Shown in pieces: positions 27,456 to 36,300 of a stretch of DNA of 64,000 nt (the first letter of the stretch is position 1; each line of letters opens with the position of its first letter). The translations under genes and the position numbers were made by a program. This stretch comes from a virus. Taxonomy: Duplodnaviria; Caudoviricetes. The notes beneath the pieces were generated by a model, which was given only the letters and a program-made list of their open reading frames with translations, had not been told where the DNA came from and did no database searches. The stretch spans positions 12,150-76,149 of the IMG/VR virus record IMGVR_UViG_3300031413_000603. The stretch is one strand, 5' to 3'.

Positions 27456-27752
27456 ATGTCTCCGCTGAACGGTGCGCAAGCCGCGCACGCCACTCCGCTT
27501 GCAGGAAAGCTCTCCAACCGCGCATTCAACGCCCTGGCCCGCCACAACATCACGACCGTGGAAGAAGTCATCGCCGCCTATCCCGAGCGGCTGCTCAAAC
27601 TGGCCGGCTTTGGCCTGCAGTCCCTGCGCGAGGTGGAGGCCGTTTTCTTTCCAGGTCAGTGCTATCTGGCTGAACTCAAAGATGGGCAACGCCCCACCAA
27701 GAAGATGCATGGCGCCCCGCTGGCTGCCTTGGGCCTGGCCACGGCGGCCTGA
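27456..27752 (+). CDS. Stand-alone RNA polymerase alpha C-terminal-domain-like protein
   Basis: LSNRAFNALARHNITTVEEV...LLKLAGFGLQSLREV matches the alphaCTD pattern LSVR..NCL....I.T...L......LLK..NFG.KSL.E. Confidence 0.75.
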   Translation: MSPLNGAQAAHATPLAGKLSNRAFNALARHNITTVEEVIAAYPERLLKLAGFGLQSLREVEAVFFPGQCYLAELKDGQRPTKKMHGAPLAALGLATAA

Positions 27753-27782
27753 GCCGCTGACGCGCCGATATGCGATCCCCAT

Positions 27783-27816
27783 ATCGCCATCGCCATCGCC
27801 AGCGCCAGCGCCAGCG
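27783..27816. repeat. Hexamer microsatellite (ATCGCC)3(AGCGCC)2AGCG
   Basis: Read directly from the sequence. Confidence 0.8.
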
Positions 27817-28162
27817 TGTGCAGCATGCCCCAGGCCAAGCTGACCTGCTCAACAACGAAGCGGCCATCTCGCAAGGAGACAGCGCCTTGTAACGCATGCG
27901 GCCCATAGCCCCGCACCGCCGACGCCAGCGCAGCCTCAGCATGTACATGCGCCCAGCGATCAACAGGCCGCCCACTCTGGGGCTATTTCGCTGCAGCAAA
28001 ACGCACCAAACGCTGAATATGCGCCCCCTTGATGGCTGCGGTATTCGGATGCGGTCGGGGAAGTATTTATGGCGCGCGATGAAACCATCAGCATATCGTG
28101 CTCTGTAAGATACTGCGATAAACACATCTGCATGGAGCTAGAGCATTGCAGCACCGCAATGG

Positions 28163-29485
28163 TTGAATCGCGCATCACGCCTTGTCGCCGCATCGCTTTT
28201 GGGGGCGGTCAACGCCGTTGCGGCTCCCGCTTCGCCTCCGCAACCCTATCCCGACGCTGCAGACAGCGACCCCGTCAAACTGGGCTGGATGGTGGGGTCG
28301 CCGCCGCCTGCAGACCGCATCCTGCGGTTTGACGACGGCTCGTATTTCCAATTTCCGGCAATGCGCTGGAGTGTCTCGCACTTTCGCGAGCTGATGCCGA
28401 CCGTCAATATCTCGCGAGGACTGCGGCCTGCCGCTCCGCTGCGCAGCGCCTTGCGCGATGATATTGACGGCGTGGAATTCAAGCGCCTCGATACCGGTGA
28501 AACAATGCGCTGGCGGGACTCACTGGCCGCCAACTACACCGACGGCATCGTCGTGCTGCACCAAGGCCGCATTGTTTACGAGCGCTATGCCGGCGCACTC
28601 CAGCCCGATGGCCAGCATGCGGCGATGTCGGTCACCAAGTCCTTTGTCGGTACCTTGGCAGCGATGCTGGTCGCAGAGGGAACACTGGACCCCGACCGCA
28701 AGGCTGCAGACTATGTGCCCGAACTCGCCATGTCTGCCTTTGGCAGCGCCACGGTGCGCCAGGTGATGGACATGACCACCGGCATCCGGTTCAGCGAAGA
28801 CTATGCCGACCCCCAGGCAGAGGTTTGGGCCCATGCGGCAGCGGGCAATCCACTGCCCAAACCCAAGGACTTCACGGGCCCGCGCAGCTACTATGAGTTT
28901 TTGCAAACGGTTCAGCCGCAAGGCATGCACGGTGAGGCATTTGGCTACCGCACCGCCAATACCGATGCGCTGGGTTGGATCATTGCGCGCGTCAGCGGCC
29001 AGTCCGTCGCGCAGCTCTTGTACAGCCGCATCTGGAGCCGCCTGGGCGCCGAGCAGGATGCCTATATGTCCGTCGACGCGACCGGCACCCCGTTTGCCGG
29101 CGGCGGCCTGAACACGGGCCTGCGAGACCTGGCGCGCTTTGGCGAGATGGTGCGCAACAACGGCTTTTTCAATGGCCAGCAAATCATCCCTGCAGCCGCG
29201 ATCGCCGACATCCGCCAAGGCGGCAAGCCTGCCGACTTTGCCAAAGCCGGCTACGCCCTCTTGCCGGGTTGGAGCTACCGCAATATGTGGTGGGTCACGC
29301 ACAATGCCCACGGCGCCATTGCCGCACGCGGCGTGCATGGGCAGGCGCTCTATATCGATCCGACAGCAGAGATGGTCATTGCAAGATACGGCTCGCACCC
29401 GGTGGCTGCTAATGCGGCAAATGATCCGACGTCATTGCCTGCGTTTGAAGCGCTGGCGCGGCATTTGAAGAAACACCCGCGTTAG
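28163..29485 (+). CDS. Secreted serine hydrolase (beta-lactamase class C / NylB-like family)
   Basis: Signal peptide; SVTKS (SxxK), FGYRTANT, GWSYRNMWW, RGVHGQ. Confidence 0.9.
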   Translation: MNRASRLVAASLLGAVNAVAAPASPPQPYPDAADSDPVKLGWMVGSPPPADRILRFDDGSYFQFPAMRWSVSHFRELMPTVNISRGLRPAAPLRSALRDDIDGVEFKRLDTGETMRWRDSLAANYTDGIVVLHQGRIVYERYAGALQPDGQHAAMSVTKSFVGTLAAMLVAEGTLDPDRKAADYVPELAMSAFGSATVRQVMDMTTGIRFSEDYADPQAEVWAHAAAGNPLPKPKDFTGPRSYYEFLQTVQPQGMHGEAFGYRTANTDALGWIIARVSGQSVAQLLYSRIWSRLGAEQDAYMSVDATGTPFAGGGLNTGLRDLARFGEMVRNNGFFNGQQIIPAAAIADIRQGGKPADFAKAGYALLPGWSYRNMWWVTHNAHGAIAARGVHGQALYIDPTAEMVIARYGSHPVAANAANDPTSLPAFEALARHLKKHPR

Positions 29486-29543
29486 GAATATTGAGATTTC
29501 GTGGCGAAAACCTTGCCACCCTCTGCAAAAAGAGGCCAGGAAT

Positions 29544-29570
29544 GAAAAAACCGCCCAGAAGGCGGTTTGT
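29544..29570. terminator. Bidirectional terminator
   Basis: AAAAAACCGCC-CAGAA-GGCGGTTTGTT. Confidence 0.75.
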
Positions 29571-29647
29571 TCAAAATAGAAACCTTGGAGAGGTTTCATA
29601 CCAAATCCCTGTTATCCTGAAGTCTGGTTCTCTTCAGAGGGAAAATT

Positions 29648-29671
29648 TGGTAGGCGCGATTGGACTCGAAC
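29648..29671 (-). repeat. att core: duplicated tRNA 3' end (probably tRNA-Val)
   Basis: Reverse complement GTTCGAGTCCAATCGCGCCTACCA is a T-loop, acceptor strand and CCA; no upstream tRNA body present. Confidence 0.85.
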
Positions 29672-29832
29672 TAATATAGCAGCCTAGCAGATACATGGCT
29701 TGAGAGTGAGGAGGCCTGCTCCTGACACCCTAGCACCCCCTGGGATACGCGCCAATGTCCCACGGATTTGTCCCCGGCTAGCGGGCCTCTGTCACCCAGC
29801 TAGGTGCTTCCGATCCTTCCCCTGCCTCCAGG

Positions 29833-30015
29833 CTAACGCAGCTCTGAGGCTGCCGCTTCACTCTCCTGCAGTACCTGGATGATCCTGCGTTTGAAATCTT
29901 TGCATACCCCAGGATCAGCAAGCTGCTCTTTCAGCCTTCTGCGCTGGTTAGGGTCCTTGGCCAACCCTTGAAGCCGTGGTGTAGGGTCTGAGTGACGACC
30001 TTTGTTGTGTCTCAT
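29833..30015 (-). CDS. 60-aa basic hypothetical protein
   Basis: GGAGG RBS before ATG at 30015. Confidence 0.55.
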   Translation of the reverse strand: MRHNKGRHSDPTPRLQGLAKDPNQRRRLKEQLADPGVCKDFKRRIIQVLQESEAAASELR

Positions 30016-30384
30016 GCTGCCTCCAGTTGTTGAGGTGCCAGTGTCGCAAGTCACACAGCCTTCCTTCTGCGGTCCAATTTCGCATCACTGTGGACGCATA
30101 GACCAGGCGCTCGGTCGCGGCCCGGCGGCCACGGCGTCGCCGCTCAGGTGCGGCGCTGGAGCGTCGTGCCTGCCGCCCTTCTCCTGCACAGCCCCCCGCC
30201 CTTTGCCGGGTTCGGAATCAATGTTGCAGCGGAGCAACGGGGGTCTCGCCAGTGTTCACCGGCCTATGGCGTCTCACTGGCAAATATCCGCACCTCTTCC
30301 AAATGTCCGGAGCTGGTTCGGACGTTTGCCTCACCCTGCAAACTGAAAGAGAGCCTGCCAAGACCTTGGCCATACACTTGGGAT

Positions 30385-30819
30385 ATGACCAAGCATCTAG
30401 AACATCTCGCTCTGCGCATACATGGCGCTTTTGAAGCGATCCCCTCACGCCTCTGGAGCAAAAGAGGAGGTCCATTCCCAAGAGGGTGGTGCTCAGATGC
30501 ATCACAAGTGTGCGGGGCAATTCTTAGCGACCATGGCCACACCGATTTCGTGTGCGTTAACGGAGCGCGTGGAGAGGACCGCAGCCAGAGCCACTCCTGG
30601 CTGTCAGGCTATGGATTGATTATTGACCTTACCGCCGGTCAATTTGATGATGCACCCGAGGGAGTTGTCATATTCAGAAATACTTCTTGGCATCAACAGT
30701 TCAAAGACCAAGAAGAAACTCTTGCGGACTTCAGAGAACTCACGCACAGCGGTTTTGGCGACATGAATAACCTGCCCGATATTTATCAATACATATCTTC
30801 CAAAATAATCAGCACGTAA
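30385..30819 (+). CDS. Cys-His-Asp (papain/transglutaminase-like) domain protein
   Basis: FPRGWCSDAS...SHSWL...IIDLTAGQF; lower GC than flanks. Confidence 0.7.
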   Translation: MTKHLEHLALRIHGAFEAIPSRLWSKRGGPFPRGWCSDASQVCGAILSDHGHTDFVCVNGARGEDRSQSHSWLSGYGLIIDLTAGQFDDAPEGVVIFRNTSWHQQFKDQEETLADFRELTHSGFGDMNNLPDIYQYISSKIIST

Positions 30820-30821
30820 AA

Positions 30822-31376
30822 TCAAGGCGCATTGGCAATGTCCTGCATCGACATATACATAACAGCATTGAGTTGCAAGCCGTCATACCAGCCGACGAAG
30901 CCATCAATGGATTTCCCCTGCATCGCATAGTCTACTTTTAAAGATCTCCAACCCACAGGAAAGCCATTTGGCGAAAGAAAATGCCATCTACCGTTGTGAG
31001 ATATGGCATTTCGCAAGTGTCTAGCCAATGAGTACCATTCCTCATCTTTAATTTTCTCCGGCGATGCCGCTTTGCATGCTTCAAAGGAGTCAGATAGCAT
31101 TGAGTAGAAACTATTTTGCACTACGGCCATTGCGGCACTCTGAGGAATTGAACGGCCAAATTCAAATCTATAAGATACCCCCTGCGCTGGTTTAAAATCC
31201 TCATGCGCAGCATTAACTGAGAGATCTATATTAGTCGCGCTTATACTATATTCAGAAATCAAAGATGCGGCAGGCTCTTTTGTGAGCAGTGCATAAGCTC
31301 CCAAGCTAAAAATGAAAGAATCCCGAGATTGCTTTAATTTAAATAACGCATCTTGCGCCGCCTGCTGTGAACCCAT
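30822..31376 (-). CDS. HEPN-like RNase, candidate defence protein
   Basis: RNAISH (R-X4-H) motif in a helical 184-aa protein; AT-rich. Confidence 0.7.
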   Translation of the reverse strand: MGSQQAAQDALFKLKQSRDSFIFSLGAYALLTKEPAASLISEYSISATNIDLSVNAAHEDFKPAQGVSYRFEFGRSIPQSAAMAVVQNSFYSMLSDSFEACKAASPEKIKDEEWYSLARHLRNAISHNGRWHFLSPNGFPVGWRSLKVDYAMQGKSIDGFVGWYDGLQLNAVMYMSMQDIANAP

Positions 31377-31627
31377 TTCACACCCCCTAAAAGCATTGAA
31401 AATTAATTATGGAATTGAGTATAGGTCGAGCCCGCCCCCTCTTGGCCCTGAGACTGAAATCACATAGTTGTACTATTGCAACGCCCGCTTGACTTCGCTG
31501 CGCCAAGCTGCGGGGGGAAAGGGGGTAAGCTGAACTTACACCCCTAGGGCAGAATAATTTCTGGAATATTTTTCGCTGGAAATTTCATAGGGTTGAGGTC
31601 TTGGCCAACCTTGCAAAAACCACGATC

Positions 31628-31712
31628 TGTCAACCAACGAACCCTGCAAATTTGGCGTTTTGTCAACCTCGCGCCTGCCTTTTGTCAACCTTAGGCAAGC
31701 GCATTGTCAACC
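31628..31712. repeat. Four TGTCAACC direct repeats spaced 33, 22 and 22 bp
   Basis: Starts at 31628, 31661, 31683 and 31705. Confidence 0.85.
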
Positions 31713-31713
31713 T

Positions 31714-31980
31714 TCACCCCCAGAACTGCCCGTGCAATAGCTTCAGCCGAGACGCCAGCGTTTCCGGGTCGTGCTGCATGTGCAGGATGGGTGTGGTGCC
31801 AATGCTTACATGCTCATACCAGATATGGAAGGCGCGGGCTTTGGGAAGCATTTGGGCTGTATCCCTGATGGCCCCAGCGATGGAGCTGGCGGTAAAGCTG
31901 AGAGCTTCTGAATGCTCGTTCATGACCCGGGCCAGGTACTGACCGGGCACGCTTTTTTCAATGTGCAGACTCTGGATCAT
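31714..31980 (-). CDS. 88-aa hypothetical protein, second gene of the LexA-boxed operon
   Basis: ATGA overlap with the stop of 31977-32267. Confidence 0.65.
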   Translation of the reverse strand: MIQSLHIEKSVPGQYLARVMNEHSEALSFTASSIAGAIRDTAQMLPKARAFHIWYEHVSIGTTPILHMQHDPETLASRLKLLHGQFWG

Positions 31981-32267
31981 TTTTTCACTTCGGGGACGAA
32001 TTGAATGGTGCCTATTTTCTCCGCCTCGATGTCGCCGGGCGTAGGCCGTATCCAATGGATCCACAGCCCCTTCATCCAGGCCAGCGCGTACAGCACGCTT
32101 ACTGCGAAGATCCCCCATTGCTCGGCCTTCCACGAGGCGTAGAACCAGAACGGCTGGCCCAATATGCCGAAGATGCAGGCCCAGCGCCTGAAGCTCTCAG
32201 AACGAGCCTGCGACAGCCAGGCGGCAGCTGCACCTAACACCGCGATAGCAACCTGATCGAATTGCAT
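31977..32267 (-). CDS. Small multi-TM membrane protein, homologous to 23614-23859
   Basis: GQPFWFYASWKAEQWGIFA; GAGG RBS. Confidence 0.8.
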   Translation of the reverse strand: MQFDQVAIAVLGAAAAWLSQARSESFRRWACIFGILGQPFWFYASWKAEQWGIFAVSVLYALAWMKGLWIHWIRPTPGDIEAEKIGTIQFVPEVKK

Positions 32268-32284
32268 GCGTTACCTCAAAACTA

Positions 32285-32300
32285 CTGTTTATACGTACAG
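32285..32300. promoter_or_regulatory. LexA (SOS) box
   Basis: CTGT-TTATACGT-ACAG, 18 bp upstream of the 32267 start. Confidence 0.85.
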
Positions 32301-32346
32301 CATACAGATGTGCCGATTGCACCCTTGACAAGACGGGATTTACAAG

Positions 32347-32571
32347 ATGGCGGACGACGCCCACTCCTGGAAAATTTTCCGGAAGTCGGTCGAGGATGTG
32401 GAAAATTTTCCACATCCTTATGAGCGCGTGGCAATTGGCGAGGCTATTGAGAAGGAATTGCAGGGACGCCAGTTGGCAACCCTGAAGCAGAACTCCGAGG
32501 TGGAAAATTTTCCACAACGGCACACACCAGAAGGCAAGACCCGCGACCTGGTAGCCAAGGCCACTGGGTGA
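32347..32571 (+). pseudogene. Remnant of a ParB/Spo0J-like phage gene
   Basis: ERVAIGEAIE...GRQ...VENFPQ...GKTRDLVAKATG resembles the HTH entry of phage ParB-like proteins, then stops. Confidence 0.5.
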
Positions 32572-32861
32572 AATGCGCATGAAGTCCGGGGTTGAGAACC
32601 CTCCGGAAAATTTTCCGGAGGGTAAGCTGGGACAGGTACGCGAGCAGGCAGACAAGCTACACGGCTGAATTCTCAGCCATCTGAGATTGAGGATTGGATT
32701 TCAAATCTCACCCTCTGCCTCTGGGGTAGGTTCACCGTGGCCGCCCAATAGCACAGCTCAGTTTTGAGCCATGACAGGGCCTACCCAAAATTTGGGTAGG
32801 CCCAATCAGATTTGAAATCCGATTGGGTCAGCCGGCTCAATTTTGAGCCCGTTGATATCAA
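32369..32861. repeat. Dense cluster of AT-cored palindromes
   Basis: GGAAAATTTTCC core at 32369, 32394-32417 (24 bp perfect), 32500-32515 and 32598-32623 (26 bp perfect); GGCTGAATTCTCAGCC 32663; GCTCAGTTTTGAGC 32756; GGGCCTACCCAAAATTTGGGTAGGCCC 32777-32803; CCCAATC..GATTGGG 32801-32827; GGCTCAATTTTGAGCC 32834; TTGATATCAA 32852. Confidence 0.9.
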
Positions 32862-32875
32862 TGGAGGATCTTGGG

Positions 32876-33238
32876 CTAGTGGCGCTTTGAAGCGATCCAA
32901 AGAACCGCGATGAACCAGAGCACCGATCCAATCACAAAGTCCTCAACGGTGGTCTTGCGATTGCTGGAAAGGATGGCGAAAGCTGCCCCGCCGAATGGTG
33001 AACAGAACAGCCCAACCATCACGACAAAGCTTCCAAAGTCGCTGTCGCCTGACCGGCCACTGAGTCGGTTTATGAACTCGCCAAGAGCCCCAAGTCCGAA
33101 CATCAGCCCAGCCATGACAGCAATGGCCAGGCCAACAACGATTAGTGAGCCCAAGCCGCCGCCCAGCCGCTCATTCGCAAAGGCAGGCAGCGCTGCTGAA
33201 GCGAGCAGGACTGCTGTAAATGATTTTGCTGGGCGCAT
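32876..33238 (-). CDS. Membrane protein (signal peptide plus about 3 TM)
   Basis: 120 aa, hydrophobic segments. Confidence 0.7.
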   Translation of the reverse strand: MRPAKSFTAVLLASAALPAFANERLGGGLGSLIVVGLAIAVMAGLMFGLGALGEFINRLSGRSGDSDFGSFVVMVGLFCSPFGGAAFAILSSNRKTTVEDFVIGSVLWFIAVLWIASKRH

Positions 33239-33310
33239 GTGCCTACACCTCAAGACGGGCTTTAGATGGAGCGATCATAGCCGCAGAGCGTTCGGTGAGC
33301 TGGATGGCGA

Positions 33311-33333
33311 GCACTACAAAAGTTTTGTAGTGC
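33311..33333. repeat. Perfect 11-bp-arm palindrome GCACTACAAAA-G-TTTTGTAGTGC
   Basis: Read directly; lies between the giant gene and the membrane gene. Confidence 0.85.
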
Positions 33334-33355
33334 AAGCGATCGGCTTGCCCGTGCC

Positions 33356-36300
33356 TTACTCTCCGGTGGAGAAGCGCCCAACATCCAGCGCATCGCGGCG
33401 CTTGCGCGGCAGGTACACACCGTCCTCTGCTTCCCGAATCCGCTTCTCACGGTTGCGCACGCTCTGAGCCAACTGCATCGGCTGGATTCGGCGCTCTGGG
33501 TTCTTGTCGTTGAACTTGGCAATTGCGGACCGGGCTTCAGCCTTGCCCTCCTCATCCTTTGCCATCGCCGCCATAGCAAATTGCTCCACCAAGGTGCGGC
33601 GCCTGGTCATCAACGCACGGTCATGCGAGATCACTGCTGACTTGCCCTCGAAGGCGTTGCGGGTCTCAGATGGAGAGAAGCCGGCGAACTGCCCGGCCAG
33701 CGCTGCTGCATCTACCTGGTCCTGTATGACGATCCCTGATTTGTCTTTGACCCCTTCGTTGTAGTAGCGCACAGTCTTCAGTGGCCCGCGCAAGGCGGTG
33801 GGCATCATGCTTTCCAGCCCGCGCTGGTACTGACCATGGCTCATATCCTGCAGGCCCTTAAGCCCGTTCACCGCAATGGCGGCCACGGGGCCCAGGGCCG
33901 CAGTCATAGCAGCCTCGCCCAGCCGCTGGCCTTCCAGCCCCTCTTGAACGTCGGGGAAGATCAGCTTGTCCAAGCCGACACGGCCCGAGATGTCCCAGGG
34001 CGTCAGCCGCGACAGGCCATGCGAGAGCACCTCGGCGGGCTTCTGGCCAAAGGCGTCTGCCAGCATGTTCTGCAGTGCGACCTGCGCATCCCATGGCTCG
34101 TCGTCATCGCCGCCCAGCATGGAAGCCGCCGCAAGCAAGGTGGTAACCATCGGCAGGCCCAGCACGCCGGCCGCCATGGCATGGCTCGTCAGCAGGCCGG
34201 CCAGCGTCTTGCGCGCCTCTGCCCGCACCTCTGGGGTCGCGCCTTTGAGCGACTGCTGCGCATTGCGCACGAAGGTGTAAACCATGTTCTGACTGTACTG
34301 CTTGAACAGCAGCAGCACCTTCTGCCAGTTGCCCTGCATGAAGCGCGGGCGGTTGTTTGCGCTGTAGTCGAAGTGGCCATCGTAGGTGGCCTGCACGGCT
34401 TGGCTGTACGCCGCTTTGCTGTCAGCGCCAGTTTCCCGAGCCAGGCGGTAGGCGGCCACGAAGGTCACCTGGCGGTTGAACTTCTCGGCATGGTGAAACA
34501 TCCAGCTAGCCCAGCGCATCGCCGGGCGCATACCGTTGATAACCTTCTGGTCTTCGCCCTGTGCGATGCCGGCCAAGTCGTGGGCCATGGTGACATCCAC
34601 CACCCCCGAGCGCACTGCCTCATCAAAGGCGGCCTTCTCATCGGCATTCAGCGAAGAGGTGATGTCGTTTTTGCCGCGCATCGTCTCTTGGCTGGCCTTC
34701 AGGAGGGCCGCGCCGGACTTGCTGAAGCCCCACTTAGCGCCCATCACCGGGTAAGCCACCAGGGCCGTCTGGGACAGGTTGACCATCGCCGATGCTGGGG
34801 ACAGGCCCAGGTAGAAGATGAAGCCCAGGCTGGTTAGTGTGGTGGACACGGCGTTTGACTTGGGGTTCATGGCCGCGTCATGGCGCTTGGCCATCTCGTC
34901 AATCACCTGCTGAGCCTTCACCGAATCAAAGCCTGGATCGGTCACGCCCTCGTCGGCGCGGCGCTGCATCTCGGAGAGCTGGTCCTGCAGCTGGTCGCCG
35001 TAGCGCAGCTTGGCCAAGTAGCTTGCCCCGTGAAAAACGTTCTGCGCAAAGGCGCGGCGTGCATCCTGGCTGAAGCCGGCCGTGCCCTTGCGATGAATGC
35101 CATGTTTGGCCCAGGACAGGTCTGGCAGGGATGACAGGTACAGCTGGCCCAGCGCGTCCTCGAGCTCGGCGCGCTGCTTGGGCTCCATGCCCTGCTTATC
35201 CAGCACCCCATAGAGCTGCTCCATGAACCCACGGCCCACGGTGTCGCGGTCGGCCACGAACTCTTTGCCCTTGAGCACCTTGCCCACGGTAAAGCCCTTG
35301 GAGGCGGGGAAGGCCTGTGCGAGCTGGCTGCGGGTGGTGTCGGCTTCGCGCATGGTCTCTGCGCGGCTGACGTTCGCCACCTTGCCCTCGGCATCCTTGA
35401 CCACCACCACATATTGGCCGAAGCGGGCCAGCGGGAAGTACACGCCCTTGATGTGGCCGAAGAACTCGTCGTCCATCCGCTTGAGCATCGCCGCCTTGCG
35501 CTCGCTCCCCATCTCTGAGCGCTCGATGCGTTCCTTGATGGCTGCGCGCACGTCCCGCATGTGGTTGCGGTGGATGTCGCGGGCACGCTCATAGACGCCT
35601 TGTGCCTCTGGCGACAATGCCTCAAAGCGCTTGCGAAGCTGCACGTAGCGCACGCGATTGTCACCCTGCACATAGTCCTTGGCTGGATCCATCTGCGCCA
35701 AGGTTGAATCGTGCATCAGGTCGGACAGCGCGTTCTCGTCCTTGAGCTTCTCCCAGTCCTTGGCCAGCTGGTCAGCACCGGCGCCGGCCTCGTTCTTGTC
35801 CGCATCCATGCGGGCCATGAGGTCGCTGTAGGTGCGCATCTCCGGCAGCATGTCGCTGTACACGTCCACCAGCTGGCGGCGTCCCAGCATCTGGAGGCTG
35901 AGCGGCCGAAAATCGGTAGCCTTGAAGCCGGCCTGCTGCTTGATGTTGGTCACGGTGACGGACTTGAGGGCATCGCCCACACGCTGGCCCATGGGGGTAT
36001 CACCACGAGAGCGAAACCGGGGCACGTCGCCGGCGGCATTGCGCGCGGCCGCCGCGTCACCCGAGTGCTCGATGGCCGACAGCACAAAGCGCTCTGCCTG
36101 GTTGTAGGTCATGTTGCGGACAGTGTTGGCCAGGCGCTTCATGCCCATCTTGTCGGCCACGCTGGCAAGCCAGTTGGCCAGCGTCCGGACACGCAGCCCC
36201 AGGCGCGTTCCTGCCTGCTTCTGGGCGCGCAGCTCCTCGGCCACCACCGCCAGCCCTTCCTCGATGGCCAGCGCCTCATAGCGACCGTTCAGTTCGCTGC

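Noticed and set aside
28163-29485. Beta-lactamase (antibiotic resistance gene)
   Set aside because: SxxK is present but the overall motifs match the NylB/esterase-like serine hydrolases; resistance cannot be claimed from sequence.
29648-29671. Complete tRNA gene
   Set aside because: Only the T-loop, acceptor strand and CCA are present; there is no D arm or anticodon arm.
30060-30300. Possible Rz/Rz1 remnant of a lost lysis cassette
   Set aside because: GC-rich, Ala/Arg-rich frames are suggestive only; no lipobox, TM segment or convincing similarity. tBLASTn against spanins would be needed.
29690-30380. Retron msr-msd or DGR element
   Set aside because: No reverse transcriptase and no template/variable repeat pair anywhere in the window.
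32369-32861. Possible CRISPR array or integron cassette array
   Set aside because: Repeats are not identical, spacing is irregular, and there are no cas genes, no integron integrase and no attC GTTRRRY/RYYYAAC boxes.
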